Shown: positions 9,287 through 19,200 of the stretch, one piece after another
Layout: every line of letters begins with the position of its first letter
Numbering within the stretch: position 1 is the first letter of the stretch
IMG/VR virus record: IMGVR_UViG_3300020436_000010
Origin: an uncultured virus (IMG/VR IMGVR_UViG_3300020436_000010)
Taxonomy: Duplodnaviria; Heunggongvirae; Uroviricota; Caudoviricetes
Direction: 5' to 3' (one strand)
Length of the DNA stretch: 64,000 nt
Made by a program: the position numbers and the translations under genes
The notes under the pieces: model-generated
What the model was told of the DNA's origin: nothing
What the model saw: the letters and a program-made list of their open reading frames with translations, nothing else
The model's database searches: none

Positions 9287-10636
9287 TTATCTCGGATATT
9301 GTAGTTCGTAGTTAATCATACCTTGCTTTGCATTTATGTCTGTTACGGATGCTTTTGAACCTATGATTTTTAATTCTATGTCACCAGTGTTTATCAACCT
9401 AAAATTTACATTACCTTTTTGCCAATGATTTATTTGCAGATTTGCTTGATAGAAATTTTTACCTGCAAGTATTTCTTTCATTTGTGTAATTGATTTCGTA
9501 TCTTCATTTAATTGCGATGAGATTGCACGACTAAAAAATGAGGTTGCTGAATTTGGAAGATTGTCTTTTATCTTTGTCATAATATTTGTACCCTCAACTG
9601 AACCAGAATAATTTTCTATTGCATCTAACACTGCTTGTGTTTCCGAATCATTAACACCTGTTTTTAATTTTGTAAAGACTCCATAAGGTCTTTGTACTTC
9701 ACTTCTACTTAAACCTAAAATATCTCTTATCCCGTACTCGTAAAGAACTTCCTTAGAACCCATCTTAGATTCTAGTTTCTGTGCAGTAATGTTTATACCC
9801 TTTGCAGATTTTGCTATGCGTGAAAATGCAGAATTACCGACCCTTATATTATTATAAAGTTTTAATCCTTTCGGTAAAAGATTTCCAAAAAAAGATGCTT
9901 TAGCACCAACACCATACTTACTTGATATTGGAAATAGTTTATTATCTGTAGTTCTTATGAAACTATCTACACCTAGAAATGCAGGATCAGTTGGCACAAG
10001 CATGTCTTTTACACGCTTACCTACAAATATGTTTGGATGAAGAACTGATGTCTGACCTGAAAGAACTATAAGACCAATCAAAATCTCACCAAAATATGTA
10101 CCCAATTCATTTACATGTGTGTCAGATATATCAGTCAAATCTATTTTTGTATAGTCACCTGAGTCAAAATACTTCTCAAATTGTTCTATAATAACAGGAT
10201 AGTTTCTTGCTTTTGTAGAAAGTCCATCTAATACACCATCTTTAATTTGTGTTATTGACGATATGACTTTGACTGGTTCCAAACCTGATGACAGATTCAC
10301 TTTATCATTCTTACCTTCACCTATGAAATCTTCTGCCAAAATATTTAATCGTGGTACAGTTTCTTTACCTGGTTTCTTTGCTAATGGTTTTGCAACACTT
10401 GTGAAAGGAAATAAACCTATCTTAGATCCAGAAACTACTCTGACATACTTTGATGTGCCTCTTTGATATGTCGTGTATGAATCTTGATTGAGAACTTCAA
10501 TTTCATCTCCTTCTGTAAGTGAGACAATTGAAGAATAAGTTTTTGAATTGAGAAGACTACCTGACTTTTTTACCTTAGTTTTGATATCAGAACCTTTAAA
10601 ATATTTTTCCCAGGCTTCTTTACCAGAACTACTCAT
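9287..10636 (-). CDS. Hypothetical 449-aa protein, possible PD-(D/E)xK nuclease fold
   Basis: Long ORF tightly coupled to gp16 and gp17; YFGEIL...GVDSF...PISSK resembles a restriction-endonuclease-like core. Confidence 0.6.
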   Translation of the reverse strand: MSSSGKEAWEKYFKGSDIKTKVKKSGSLLNSKTYSSIVSLTEGDEIEVLNQDSYTTYQRGTSKYVRVVSGSKIGLFPFTSVAKPLAKKPGKETVPRLNILAEDFIGEGKNDKVNLSSGLEPVKVISSITQIKDGVLDGLSTKARNYPVIIEQFEKYFDSGDYTKIDLTDISDTHVNELGTYFGEILIGLIVLSGQTSVLHPNIFVGKRVKDMLVPTDPAFLGVDSFIRTTDNKLFPISSKYGVGAKASFFGNLLPKGLKLYNNIRVGNSAFSRIAKSAKGINITAQKLESKMGSKEVLYEYGIRDILGLSRSEVQRPYGVFTKLKTGVNDSETQAVLDAIENYSGSVEGTNIMTKIKDNLPNSATSFFSRAISSQLNEDTKSITQMKEILAGKNFYQANLQINHWQKGNVNFRLINTGDIELKIIGSKASVTDINAKQGMINYELQYPR

Positions 10637-11036
10637 CCTTCTTTCCCTTCAGAAGTTTTTGCAACTCTGCCGTACTGCCGACAAACAAAGCATTTGTAAC
10701 TTTCTCAGGAACGTTTTTGACTTCTTTTGTGATGTTTTTTACTTGCTGATGAAGACCGAGAAGATTTTGATTTTGATCACCTATTACTTTTATGAGTTGT
10801 CCAACAACCTCATACATACGTGCGTTACCATTCTCTTTTGCTTCCATTAATAATTCATCAAGTGCATCATGACCACGCTCAATCACATTATAATAATTTT
10901 CTCTTGCATATTGATAATCAGTATCCAATTCATCATCACTCTTTCGTGGTTCAATCTTTGGCGGTTTTTCTCTTTCAATAACCGCATTTTCTGCAACGTT
11001 TAATATTTTATCTAAATCGTCAAATGCGTTACTCAT
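10629..11036 (-). CDS. gp16: Terminase small subunit (gp16)
   Basis: DYQYARENYY..IERG, ARMYEVVGQLIK, NALFVGSTAELQKLLK. Confidence 0.95.
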   Translation of the reverse strand: MSNAFDDLDKILNVAENAVIEREKPPKIEPRKSDDELDTDYQYARENYYNVIERGHDALDELLMEAKENGNARMYEVVGQLIKVIGDQNQNLLGLHQQVKNITKEVKNVPEKVTNALFVGSTAELQKLLKGKKDE

Positions 11037-11962
11037 GAGTCTATTCCAGTTTCTGGGTCGCTATCGACTGCAGGATTAAAAATTGTAACAGTGGTATTAG
11101 CATCAAAATCACCTTTTGGATCTACATCTACATCTTTACCACCAACTGGTGTAATAGATATTCTACTAATCGAATCACCCTGAACACCACCTGTTTCTAA
11201 AATAAATTCATCACCGTCTTCTAATGATAAGAAATCAGATGCCGAAATTGTACTAGATTCTAATCTCATTCTATCCAAATCAGGTATGTTGTCACCAAGA
11301 CCATCAAACTCATGAAAATCGACTTGAACACTTTTAACAATTTTACCGCCACCTTTAATATCTGGATATAAAAATCCTTTCATAAAAAAGTCAAGAGTCC
11401 ATATTAACGTTCTACGTGCAGTAAATTCACCATCAAACGTATCCTCTAATGATGCAGAGTTAAATGATATTGGAACATCTAATTTTATTCCTAATTCTGA
11501 AACTGCATTTATTGTCACGTTAAATTCAGGTGTGAAAAATGGAAGTATTTGCTCTAATATTTGAGTGCCGTCCTCAGCATTATCAACAAACACAAACAAT
11601 TGAAAATCCATATTGTATGGAACTGGATTAAACATTTTCCTGAGCGTGTTTTTACCCTCAGTATTTGCAGGTCTTCCAATTATTTTACCAACAGAATTTA
11701 ACTTTCTTATAGGATCATATGTAAGAGATGTCATTTCAAATCCCATACGTGGTAATTGTATGGCAACTTGTCTGTCAATATTTGGGTCTTGTCTTATTCG
11801 TGTAAGAAATTTTTGTTTTGGTCCATATGCTATGGGAACTTTTTGTCTAGATACAACATTACCAGACGAATTCTTCTTTTCTATGTTTAAGTCATTAAAC
11901 AAAGTTCCGAAAAGAACTACATATTTTCTAATTGTCTGATGATAAAAAGTTTGTCCTAGCAT
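11033..11962 (-). CDS. gp15: Tail sheath stabiliser / tail completion protein (gp15)
   Basis: FGTLFND, VPIAYGPKQKFL, LPRMGFE, QILEQILPFF. Confidence 0.95.
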   Translation of the reverse strand: MLGQTFYHQTIRKYVVLFGTLFNDLNIEKKNSSGNVVSRQKVPIAYGPKQKFLTRIRQDPNIDRQVAIQLPRMGFEMTSLTYDPIRKLNSVGKIIGRPANTEGKNTLRKMFNPVPYNMDFQLFVFVDNAEDGTQILEQILPFFTPEFNVTINAVSELGIKLDVPISFNSASLEDTFDGEFTARRTLIWTLDFFMKGFLYPDIKGGGKIVKSVQVDFHEFDGLGDNIPDLDRMRLESSTISASDFLSLEDGDEFILETGGVQGDSISRISITPVGGKDVDVDPKGDFDANTTVTIFNPAVDSDPETGIDS

Positions 11963-11970
11963 AGTAAATA

Positions 11971-11982
11971 TATTTATAAATA
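11971..11982. promoter_or_regulatory. Palindromic back-to-back late promoters TATTTATAAATA
   Basis: TATAAATA on both strands between divergent gp15 and the 114-aa ORF. Confidence 0.75.
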
Positions 11983-11987
11983 GTAGT

Positions 11988-12332
11988 ATGGCCTTATCTA
12001 TAAAAAAACAAGGTATTAATTTTGAAATTGATCAGGGTTGTACCTTCTCAAAAACTTTTACTGCAAAAAACGCAAATAATGCAAACGTAACGATTACTGC
12101 TGGTTCAATTGCGGCCAGAATGCAGAAATCTTATGATACGTCAAATACATCATTAAGATTAGATTTCACAACTTCTACATCAGGATCAAACGTTACTATT
12201 TCGGCAACCGCTACTCAAACTGCTTCTATGGCACATGGTCGTTATTATTATGATATTGAATGGACACACGACACGGTAGAAGTTGAAAGAATTGCGGAAG
12301 GCATTATTACTCTATCACCTGGAGTAACTTAA
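11988..12332 (+). CDS. Small beta-rich protein of a type common in marine T4-like phages (possible virion component)
   Basis: IDQGCTF...TQTASMAHGRYYYDI...RIAEGIITLSPGVT; own late promoter. Confidence 0.75.
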   Translation: MALSIKKQGINFEIDQGCTFSKTFTAKNANNANVTITAGSIAARMQKSYDTSNTSLRLDFTTSTSGSNVTISATATQTASMAHGRYYYDIEWTHDTVEVERIAEGIITLSPGVT

Positions 12333-13189
12333 TAATTACTTTCGCTGAATGGATTAGATTCAGAAAAGTCTATGATTGAATCTGCTTCAGTTTCAATTGT
12401 AACATTATTTGCGGATACGTCATTAGTAAAAACTCTAGTATCTGGTGTTGTGTTTAGACTATAATATGCACCACTTGTATCACCAACAATATTTGATGTG
12501 GCCCCAAAAGTGCCTACTACGTCTGTAATCTTTAATGTTTTATCAGTAGCATTCCAAGAAACAACTCTTGCTTTTGTGTTTGCTGAACCTACAGAATCTC
12601 CAACATAAACTGTTTCATCATCTACATAGGCTCCAGATCCATCACCCATAGATAGATTTATAGAATATGCTAATGTATCTTCAATTTCATCTATATCTTC
12701 AACACCAGTATCAATTCTCTGATCATCGTATTGAAACAATTCACATGTTAAATCAAAGATAGGTAATTTGCCAAATTGATAAAACATTGATTCATGTTCT
12801 ACGAATCTTATTTCATAAAGTTTTTTGTTTAATGGAAAAAATATTACATCGCCCTCTAAAGGTCTGTCTTGTTCTGTGATGTCTAGGTTATCAAAACGTC
12901 TTCTTGCCACTGAAAATACGACTTGGTCACGTATTTCTAATCCAAACCTAGATACAAAATCACCTTCACCCTCAAATCCATCAACCGACTTAACATACAT
13001 TTCTATTAAATGTGCTTGATTGAATTCTGATATAGTATCTTCACCATATAGCAAATCTTCATTAACAAATTTTCTTGGTAAATAATAAACATCAATACCA
13101 TAATTCTTTATTGCTTCAATGATTAGATCTTGATGAAGATTTTGTTCTGGTGTGCTTTCGAAATGATTAAAATATACGCTTGTAGCCAT
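12329..13189 (-). CDS. gp14: Neck protein (gp14)
   Basis: GIDVYYLPR, FGLEIRD, RPLEGDVIFFPL, FYQFGK, DFSESNPF. Confidence 0.95.
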   Translation of the reverse strand: MATSVYFNHFESTPEQNLHQDLIIEAIKNYGIDVYYLPRKFVNEDLLYGEDTISEFNQAHLIEMYVKSVDGFEGEGDFVSRFGLEIRDQVVFSVARRRFDNLDITEQDRPLEGDVIFFPLNKKLYEIRFVEHESMFYQFGKLPIFDLTCELFQYDDQRIDTGVEDIDEIEDTLAYSINLSMGDGSGAYVDDETVYVGDSVGSANTKARVVSWNATDKTLKITDVVGTFGATSNIVGDTSGAYYSLNTTPDTRVFTNDVSANNVTIETEADSIIDFSESNPFSESNY

Positions 13190-14193
13190 TAGAAAGGTCC
13201 TGCTCCAATCATCATATCAACAGGAAGTTCGTTACGCAATTGCATATCTTCCTCAATTTGATTAAGTTCTTGTGTGGCATCTTCAAATAATTGTCTTCCG
13301 TTTAAATTTACACCACCTGGTAGTTGTACGCCATCATACTTAATTAAATTTGCTCCCCATTGTCTTTTGAATAAAGCAGTTACATATTTTTTCAGAAAAA
13401 TATCATTATAAACATCTGTAAAAGAATCAGGATTAACAACCGCAAAACACTCTACAACTATAAATTCGTCAATTCTTATATCATCATTTACCCAATCCAA
13501 ATCTAGATGTAATCGATTTTGATGTCTATTGAAACGTATAGGTTTTTTACCAACAAATATATCGTTTAACAATTGTAAATTTCCTTGAGTCATTTGATAA
13601 TTTGCTAATGACCCTGAGGCGAGATAAGGCATTTCATTTAAATGAAATTGATATCTAAAGTTAAACATACTTGCGGTTGTCTGGCCACCAGTCGTACTAT
13701 TGATATCAAAAATATTTACGATTCCAATAATTCTGTCATCCAATGGTATATAATGATTATCAATGTCTCCAAATGTTACTGAACCTGCAGTTGCGGTTGC
13801 TCCAGAATCACCTCCTGTAACAGTTTCAGATGAAGTAAAAGTCGAAGATGTATTATTGTTTTGAGTACCATTTCCGTCTTTATGATTTTTAAATGTGATG
13901 ACTGTAGAATTTGCTGAATGCACTGTAGCAGTAGCATTAGATGTACCACCTGTAATAACTTCTCCTGCATCAAACGTACCTGTAACACTTGAAATATTTA
14001 ATGTCGAACCAGTTATTTTTCTTCTGACATATGTTTTTTCTACACCATCAAAATGATATTCTTGAAAATATTGCAAACCCTCGTCTATTCTGTCTTCAAG
14101 TTGATCGTCATCGACATTGATCTCTACAACAGGTTTGCCTAACATACGTAAGGAATATTGTTTTAGTGCTTCTCTTGAACTTGGTTTAGCCAT
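13189..14193 (-). CDS. gp13: Neck protein (gp13) with a beta-rich insertion
   Basis: LGKPVVEINVDDDQLEDRIDE, QWGANLIKY, LPGGVNLNG. Confidence 0.96.
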   Translation of the reverse strand: MAKPSSREALKQYSLRMLGKPVVEINVDDDQLEDRIDEGLQYFQEYHFDGVEKTYVRRKITGSTLNISSVTGTFDAGEVITGGTSNATATVHSANSTVITFKNHKDGNGTQNNNTSSTFTSSETVTGGDSGATATAGSVTFGDIDNHYIPLDDRIIGIVNIFDINSTTGGQTTASMFNFRYQFHLNEMPYLASGSLANYQMTQGNLQLLNDIFVGKKPIRFNRHQNRLHLDLDWVNDDIRIDEFIVVECFAVVNPDSFTDVYNDIFLKKYVTALFKRQWGANLIKYDGVQLPGGVNLNGRQLFEDATQELNQIEEDMQLRNELPVDMMIGAGPF

Positions 14194-14205
14194 TTAATCT
14201 CTTAA

Positions 14206-16074
14206 CTAACTATTAATTAATGATCCATCTGAATCTAATACTTTCAATCTACATTCAACACCATCACTAATTACACTATTACCTATAATTGTTGTTGTAC
14301 CTGTACCACTTGTAAATGTTGCAATTCCTGATACACCTAATGTTGAACTTAAAGTAACTCCTGATGTAACACTCAATGTTGAATCAAAAGTTGCCGCACC
14401 TGTAGTTCTAAATGTTCCATTGACATCCATTTTAAAAGTAGGTGTTGAATCATTTATACCAATGTTTCCATTAGCGGATACCACAAAAGCACCAGTTGTA
14501 GAATTATTCGCAACTTGCATAATAAGACCGCCATCTGTTCTAGCATTCTTTACAAAAAGTGTAATGTCATCAGCATCACCTGAATTGATAAAACTTACTA
14601 ATGGTTCAGTTTGAACCCCAGAGGCAGACACATTTAATGCTACTTTATCTACTTTATTTTGAACAATATCAACAGCCTTCATTCCATCGGTTGCAATTTT
14701 CAATGCGGTACCACCAGTTGCACTTGCATGATTTTGTTTAATATCAATTAATGTTCTTTCTCCTGTACTGGCAGAATTATCATCTATCGCAATTGCACTT
14801 CCAGATGTTAAAGTAGTTGTTGTGATATTAACGACATTTACTGACGTTTGATCTGCATCGATTTGTATTGCTTTTTGGTCATCGTCATTTGAATCGATAT
14901 ATAACCCTGTTGTTCCATCCGTTGCACCAACATTAACATGAAGTTTTCCTGCCTGAGTTCCAAGAGTACGAGTACCTGGTATTTGAACAGATGATCCAAA
15001 TTCACTATCAATCATAAATGCATTTGCGGCATTTGCGCCAATCATCATTCTATCATTTGTATGATCATATGTAACAAATCCAATATCAGTATCGTCAATA
15101 TCGGCAAAAGCGATCACACCATTTGATGCAGTATTACATAAAATAGTCATTCCAGCATCAGTGTTACTTTCCAATACTAATTCATCAGCAAAAGTATCTA
15201 CATTAAAAGAACTTATTGTTCCACTGGAACCATCCCAAGCGGCATAATCACTTGCGGCCGCATATTCTGTTCTAATATGTAATTTACCTTTAGACGATGT
15301 AGGTCTTTTTTCTGATCCAATGTTTGTAGAAACCTCAGTGTATTTACCAATACCTACATTAGATGTATGAGCCAATCCAACGTCTATTGCTAAGGCTACG
15401 GCATTGGTACTTACGAGAAAACCTGCTCCATTAACAACAACATTACTTGCTTCAACCGTACTTGATTGCACACGAGATGTGTTCATATACATGTTTTGTA
15501 TATTAGCACCATTAAAATCATGCGTTCCAGCAGATAATGTAATACCTCCAACAGTCTCACTATTCACAATGATTGAAGGATTGGTGATCCGAACGGCGTC
15601 ATCAACTGAAGCAGTTAAATTTGCAGATGATATCGTACCTAAACTTGTAATAGTTGCACCATCAAAATTCATTGTTGATGTACCAGTTACAAATTTTTGT
15701 CCGTTGAGATCGATTTTACTATTGTATATAAAAGTATTTGCGATTGATGTATCGGCTAATGATGGAGATGCTACATCAATTGCAGTGCCTCCTAAAATAT
15801 GTGTTTGATGTACATTACCCAATGATGTAGTGTTTGCTGAAGTAAAATTAATATTACCACCGGTAAATGTAAGTCGTGTTCCAGTTACAAGTGTTCCTGT
15901 TACAGAATCAGAAACAACTTCTGCAACTTGAAATCCTGATGTTGAGTTAGCAAAAACAATGGCACTGTTTGGATCTACGCTATTTGCTTTATTAATTTCT
16001 GTTACAATATCATTGGTTCTATTACGCCAATCATCAAAAGTATTAGTTAATTCTACTGAACTTACACTAGGCAT
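14206..16074 (-). CDS. Fibre-like structural protein at the wac position
   Basis: N-terminal TNTFDDWRNRTN motif; beta-repeat segments such as GNIGINDSTPTFKMDVNG; directly upstream of gp13. Confidence 0.7.
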   Translation of the reverse strand: MPSVSSVELTNTFDDWRNRTNDIVTEINKANSVDPNSAIVFANSTSGFQVAEVVSDSVTGTLVTGTRLTFTGGNINFTSANTTSLGNVHQTHILGGTAIDVASPSLADTSIANTFIYNSKIDLNGQKFVTGTSTMNFDGATITSLGTISSANLTASVDDAVRITNPSIIVNSETVGGITLSAGTHDFNGANIQNMYMNTSRVQSSTVEASNVVVNGAGFLVSTNAVALAIDVGLAHTSNVGIGKYTEVSTNIGSEKRPTSSKGKLHIRTEYAAASDYAAWDGSSGTISSFNVDTFADELVLESNTDAGMTILCNTASNGVIAFADIDDTDIGFVTYDHTNDRMMIGANAANAFMIDSEFGSSVQIPGTRTLGTQAGKLHVNVGATDGTTGLYIDSNDDDQKAIQIDADQTSVNVVNITTTTLTSGSAIAIDDNSASTGERTLIDIKQNHASATGGTALKIATDGMKAVDIVQNKVDKVALNVSASGVQTEPLVSFINSGDADDITLFVKNARTDGGLIMQVANNSTTGAFVVSANGNIGINDSTPTFKMDVNGTFRTTGAATFDSTLSVTSGVTLSSTLGVSGIATFTSGTGTTTIIGNSVISDGVECRLKVLDSDGSLINS

Positions 16075-16276
16075 GTTTTCCTCTTATGTCTTGAAGGTGA
16101 AATAAAACCAAATCTAATTTATGTTTTAAATCATTCACTTCGTTTCTCAAATTATTTATTTGTTGTGACTCCGATAATTTTTTTCTATGTTTCAACAATG
16201 CCTGTTTATCATTAGCGAGTATGGCATTATTATCAAGATCTTTCAAATAATTTGGATGATCCGTTTTAACTTTCAT
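16067..16276 (-). CDS. Small coiled-coil hypothetical protein
   Basis: Translationally coupled 69-aa ORF; INNLRNEVNDLKHKL heptads. Confidence 0.75.
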   Translation of the reverse strand: MKVKTDHPNYLKDLDNNAILANDKQALLKHRKKLSESQQINNLRNEVNDLKHKLDLVLFHLQDIRGKHA

Positions 16277-19200
16277 TATGGATTACCTACGCTATCTAAT
16301 GCTAATGCTTTTAGATCTGTAACTTTTGGTATTCCGATAAATGTTGTTTGAATATCTAGATCTCGTGTAAAAACAAGTTTAATCGCAAATGTTCTAAAAT
16401 TTCTAAATGTTGCAGTTCCATCGTTTGTTGAATAATTAATTTTTTCATCTTTGGTCTTGAAAACATATTCTTTAAAATCATTTTCGTTTAAAGAAAATAA
16501 TCCTTCTGATGTTTCTTGATCCATAAGAACGTATGGTTTGTCATCAAAATTTTCAGAATCTTCGCCAGAAAGAACTTTGTAATATACGTAAATATTTGTG
16601 CCTCTCGGTTTATAAGCATTCATATACACACGTATATCAGAAGCATCAAAACCCTCTTCTAATGTAACTCTTCTAGAAATGTATTTTGCAGTTAAATTAC
16701 CGCCTCTAGAATGTTGAGTATTTGCAGTTAGCATATTTGAAGAATTTGAACCTTCACTTACGATTCTAATTACAGGATCTGTACCTGATAATGCACTGGC
16801 CACTGTTACTGTTGGATTCGTTAGGTATCCACTACCTGGATTAACAACTTTTATGTCATTAATTTTTCCATCCGATCCAACATTGGCGGCAATTGTGGCA
16901 GTATTACTTCCAACATCAGGATCTGATACAGTGAAGGCACTGGTGTTTCCATCAACGGCATTTTCTGATGCGTATCTTCCTGTATCACCACCATATTCAG
17001 ATTGTAATAAACTTGAACCTGAACTTATTATAAGAATATTTGAGTTTTTTATACCAGCATTATTAACATCATTCTCAATTGAAATAATTCCTGCTCTTGT
17101 TTCGTCAAATACAGGACTAATTATTGTATTCGCAGAAGTAAAATAAACATTCAATTGAAAAGAATTTCCATACGCATCTATCAACTCATCAGTCTCATAA
17201 GTTATTTGTTGTTGTGTTTTAAAATCAATGTTTTTATTAGGTACAAATTGAGTTGCACTACCCTTGACCGCCGCATTTTTTGCAGTGGTAAAAAAATGAA
17301 AAATTGATGAAGTATTTGCAAATTCGATTGTATCAGAAATAACTTTCATGCTATCCATAATAGAATTGGAAGTAGCATTGCTTGAAGATGTCACTTTATT
17401 CGTTAATCTTGCATGTGCAAAATCTGAAGAAAAATTACATCTATTAATTTTAAACATCAACCCTTCATTTTCTAAACCAGTTCTTGTTTCTGCATTTGAT
17501 GGTTTAAATAATTTACCAACATATGGTTGCTTTGTAATTTTTCTATCCGTTCCTGTATGTTTGGCACCTAATTCATAAGCATACAATTTATATTCAGATG
17601 TTGCAGAATTTAACGTGAAAGCATATTCACCTGGATTCAAGAACACAGGAAAATCAAATTTAAAAATTGTTTTTGATCCTACGTTTGATCCGCTTTTGTT
17701 AGCGGTTAAAGAATTTCCAAGTGACGTATCAGGAAAACCTCCAGAAGAATTTGCTACTGGCGTGCTAGTATTAGCGGTCACTCTTGCTGGAGTTAAAGTA
17801 ACTTGAGAACCAGGAATTACAACCGATGGACTAGGAGCACCTTCGACCATTGGTCGTAAATCAAGTGTGATACTATTCTTTGATCCTAAAGAAGATTCTT
17901 TCTGACTGAAATATAATTCAACACTATCAAGAAAAACACCAGAAGGAAAATTATCTTCGGCAACAAAAAATGATTGTGATAATGGTGCAAAAAATTTATT
18001 TGACTCCGACCTTCTTGGTGTTGCATAACTTTTAACAATGTTTTCGGTTGATATATCATCACGTTTTTTAATCAAAGGTCTGACTGATATTACATTATCT
18101 TCTCTATTTGAATCTATTACGCCTTTATTATGAAAAATTCTTTCTGCAACCGATGTTGTGCTTGCTAAAATATTATCTGAATCGTCTGTCAATCTAAAAA
18201 CCAATTCTCCAGAAGTGAATCTATCTGAAGGAATATTAAAAATACCAGCAGTAACACCTTCGTTTGATACTGTCAATTGACCGTCACTTAAATTATAATT
18301 TGTAACAGATGAGATTGTTCCATTAGCCAATGTGTCTATACCTTGTACAACTGACCCGATTGAAAAAGCACTTTCTGTTGATTGATTTATAATCATTATT
18401 GAACACGAATTAACATCATTTCTGTCAGACATATAAACAACTTTAGCAGTGTTTCCAGAATTACCTGCAGATCCAGTTATTTTAATAGTTTCATAATTTG
18501 ATGATGTTGTTCTAAAAACATTTGATGTGCTGACATTTGATAAATTCAATAAAGAAGCCTGTTTGACAAAACTCGTTACCTTAATGTCATCAAAAAAAGC
18601 ATAAACGTTTTTATTAGGTTTAATACCTTTCGCAACAAAACTTATTGTTTGCTCTCTCACTTTTGGCAATACAGAGATATTGACAACTTTATTTCCTATT
18701 GTCTTAATTATTTTCTCAGGTACGTTTCCTTTTTTTAGACCAGACAAAGTTTTGTTTTGAGTTGTGGTCTTTGCTCTTCTATCATTACTTGCAGAATCTC
18801 CTGCATCTCTAGTGCCTACTTTTACGTCTTCTATTATTTGCTTACCAGACCAAATATCTTCCCAGTCGTTATAATGAGATCCATGACCATTAGCGGTAGG
18901 CATATCTGTCCAATTATCGTATTGTCCTTCAAGATTTACCACAACTTGAGGTCTTATAGAAGTATCATACCAGTTATCTGTAGGCGGATCTAAATCACAA
19001 ACACCAATATAATTTGAAAAAGAATATGGATTTACAGAAATTGTCTTTTGCTCATTTTTACCTAAAAGATTTCCTGTAAGTGGTTGATCTAAAAATGGAC
19101 TAGATGAAAATGGTAAAGTAAGTATTCCACCATTATTTACGAGTGTGCTATTTTGAGTATTAGCATCAAACTCTAATCTGTGTAAATCACTTTTGAATGG

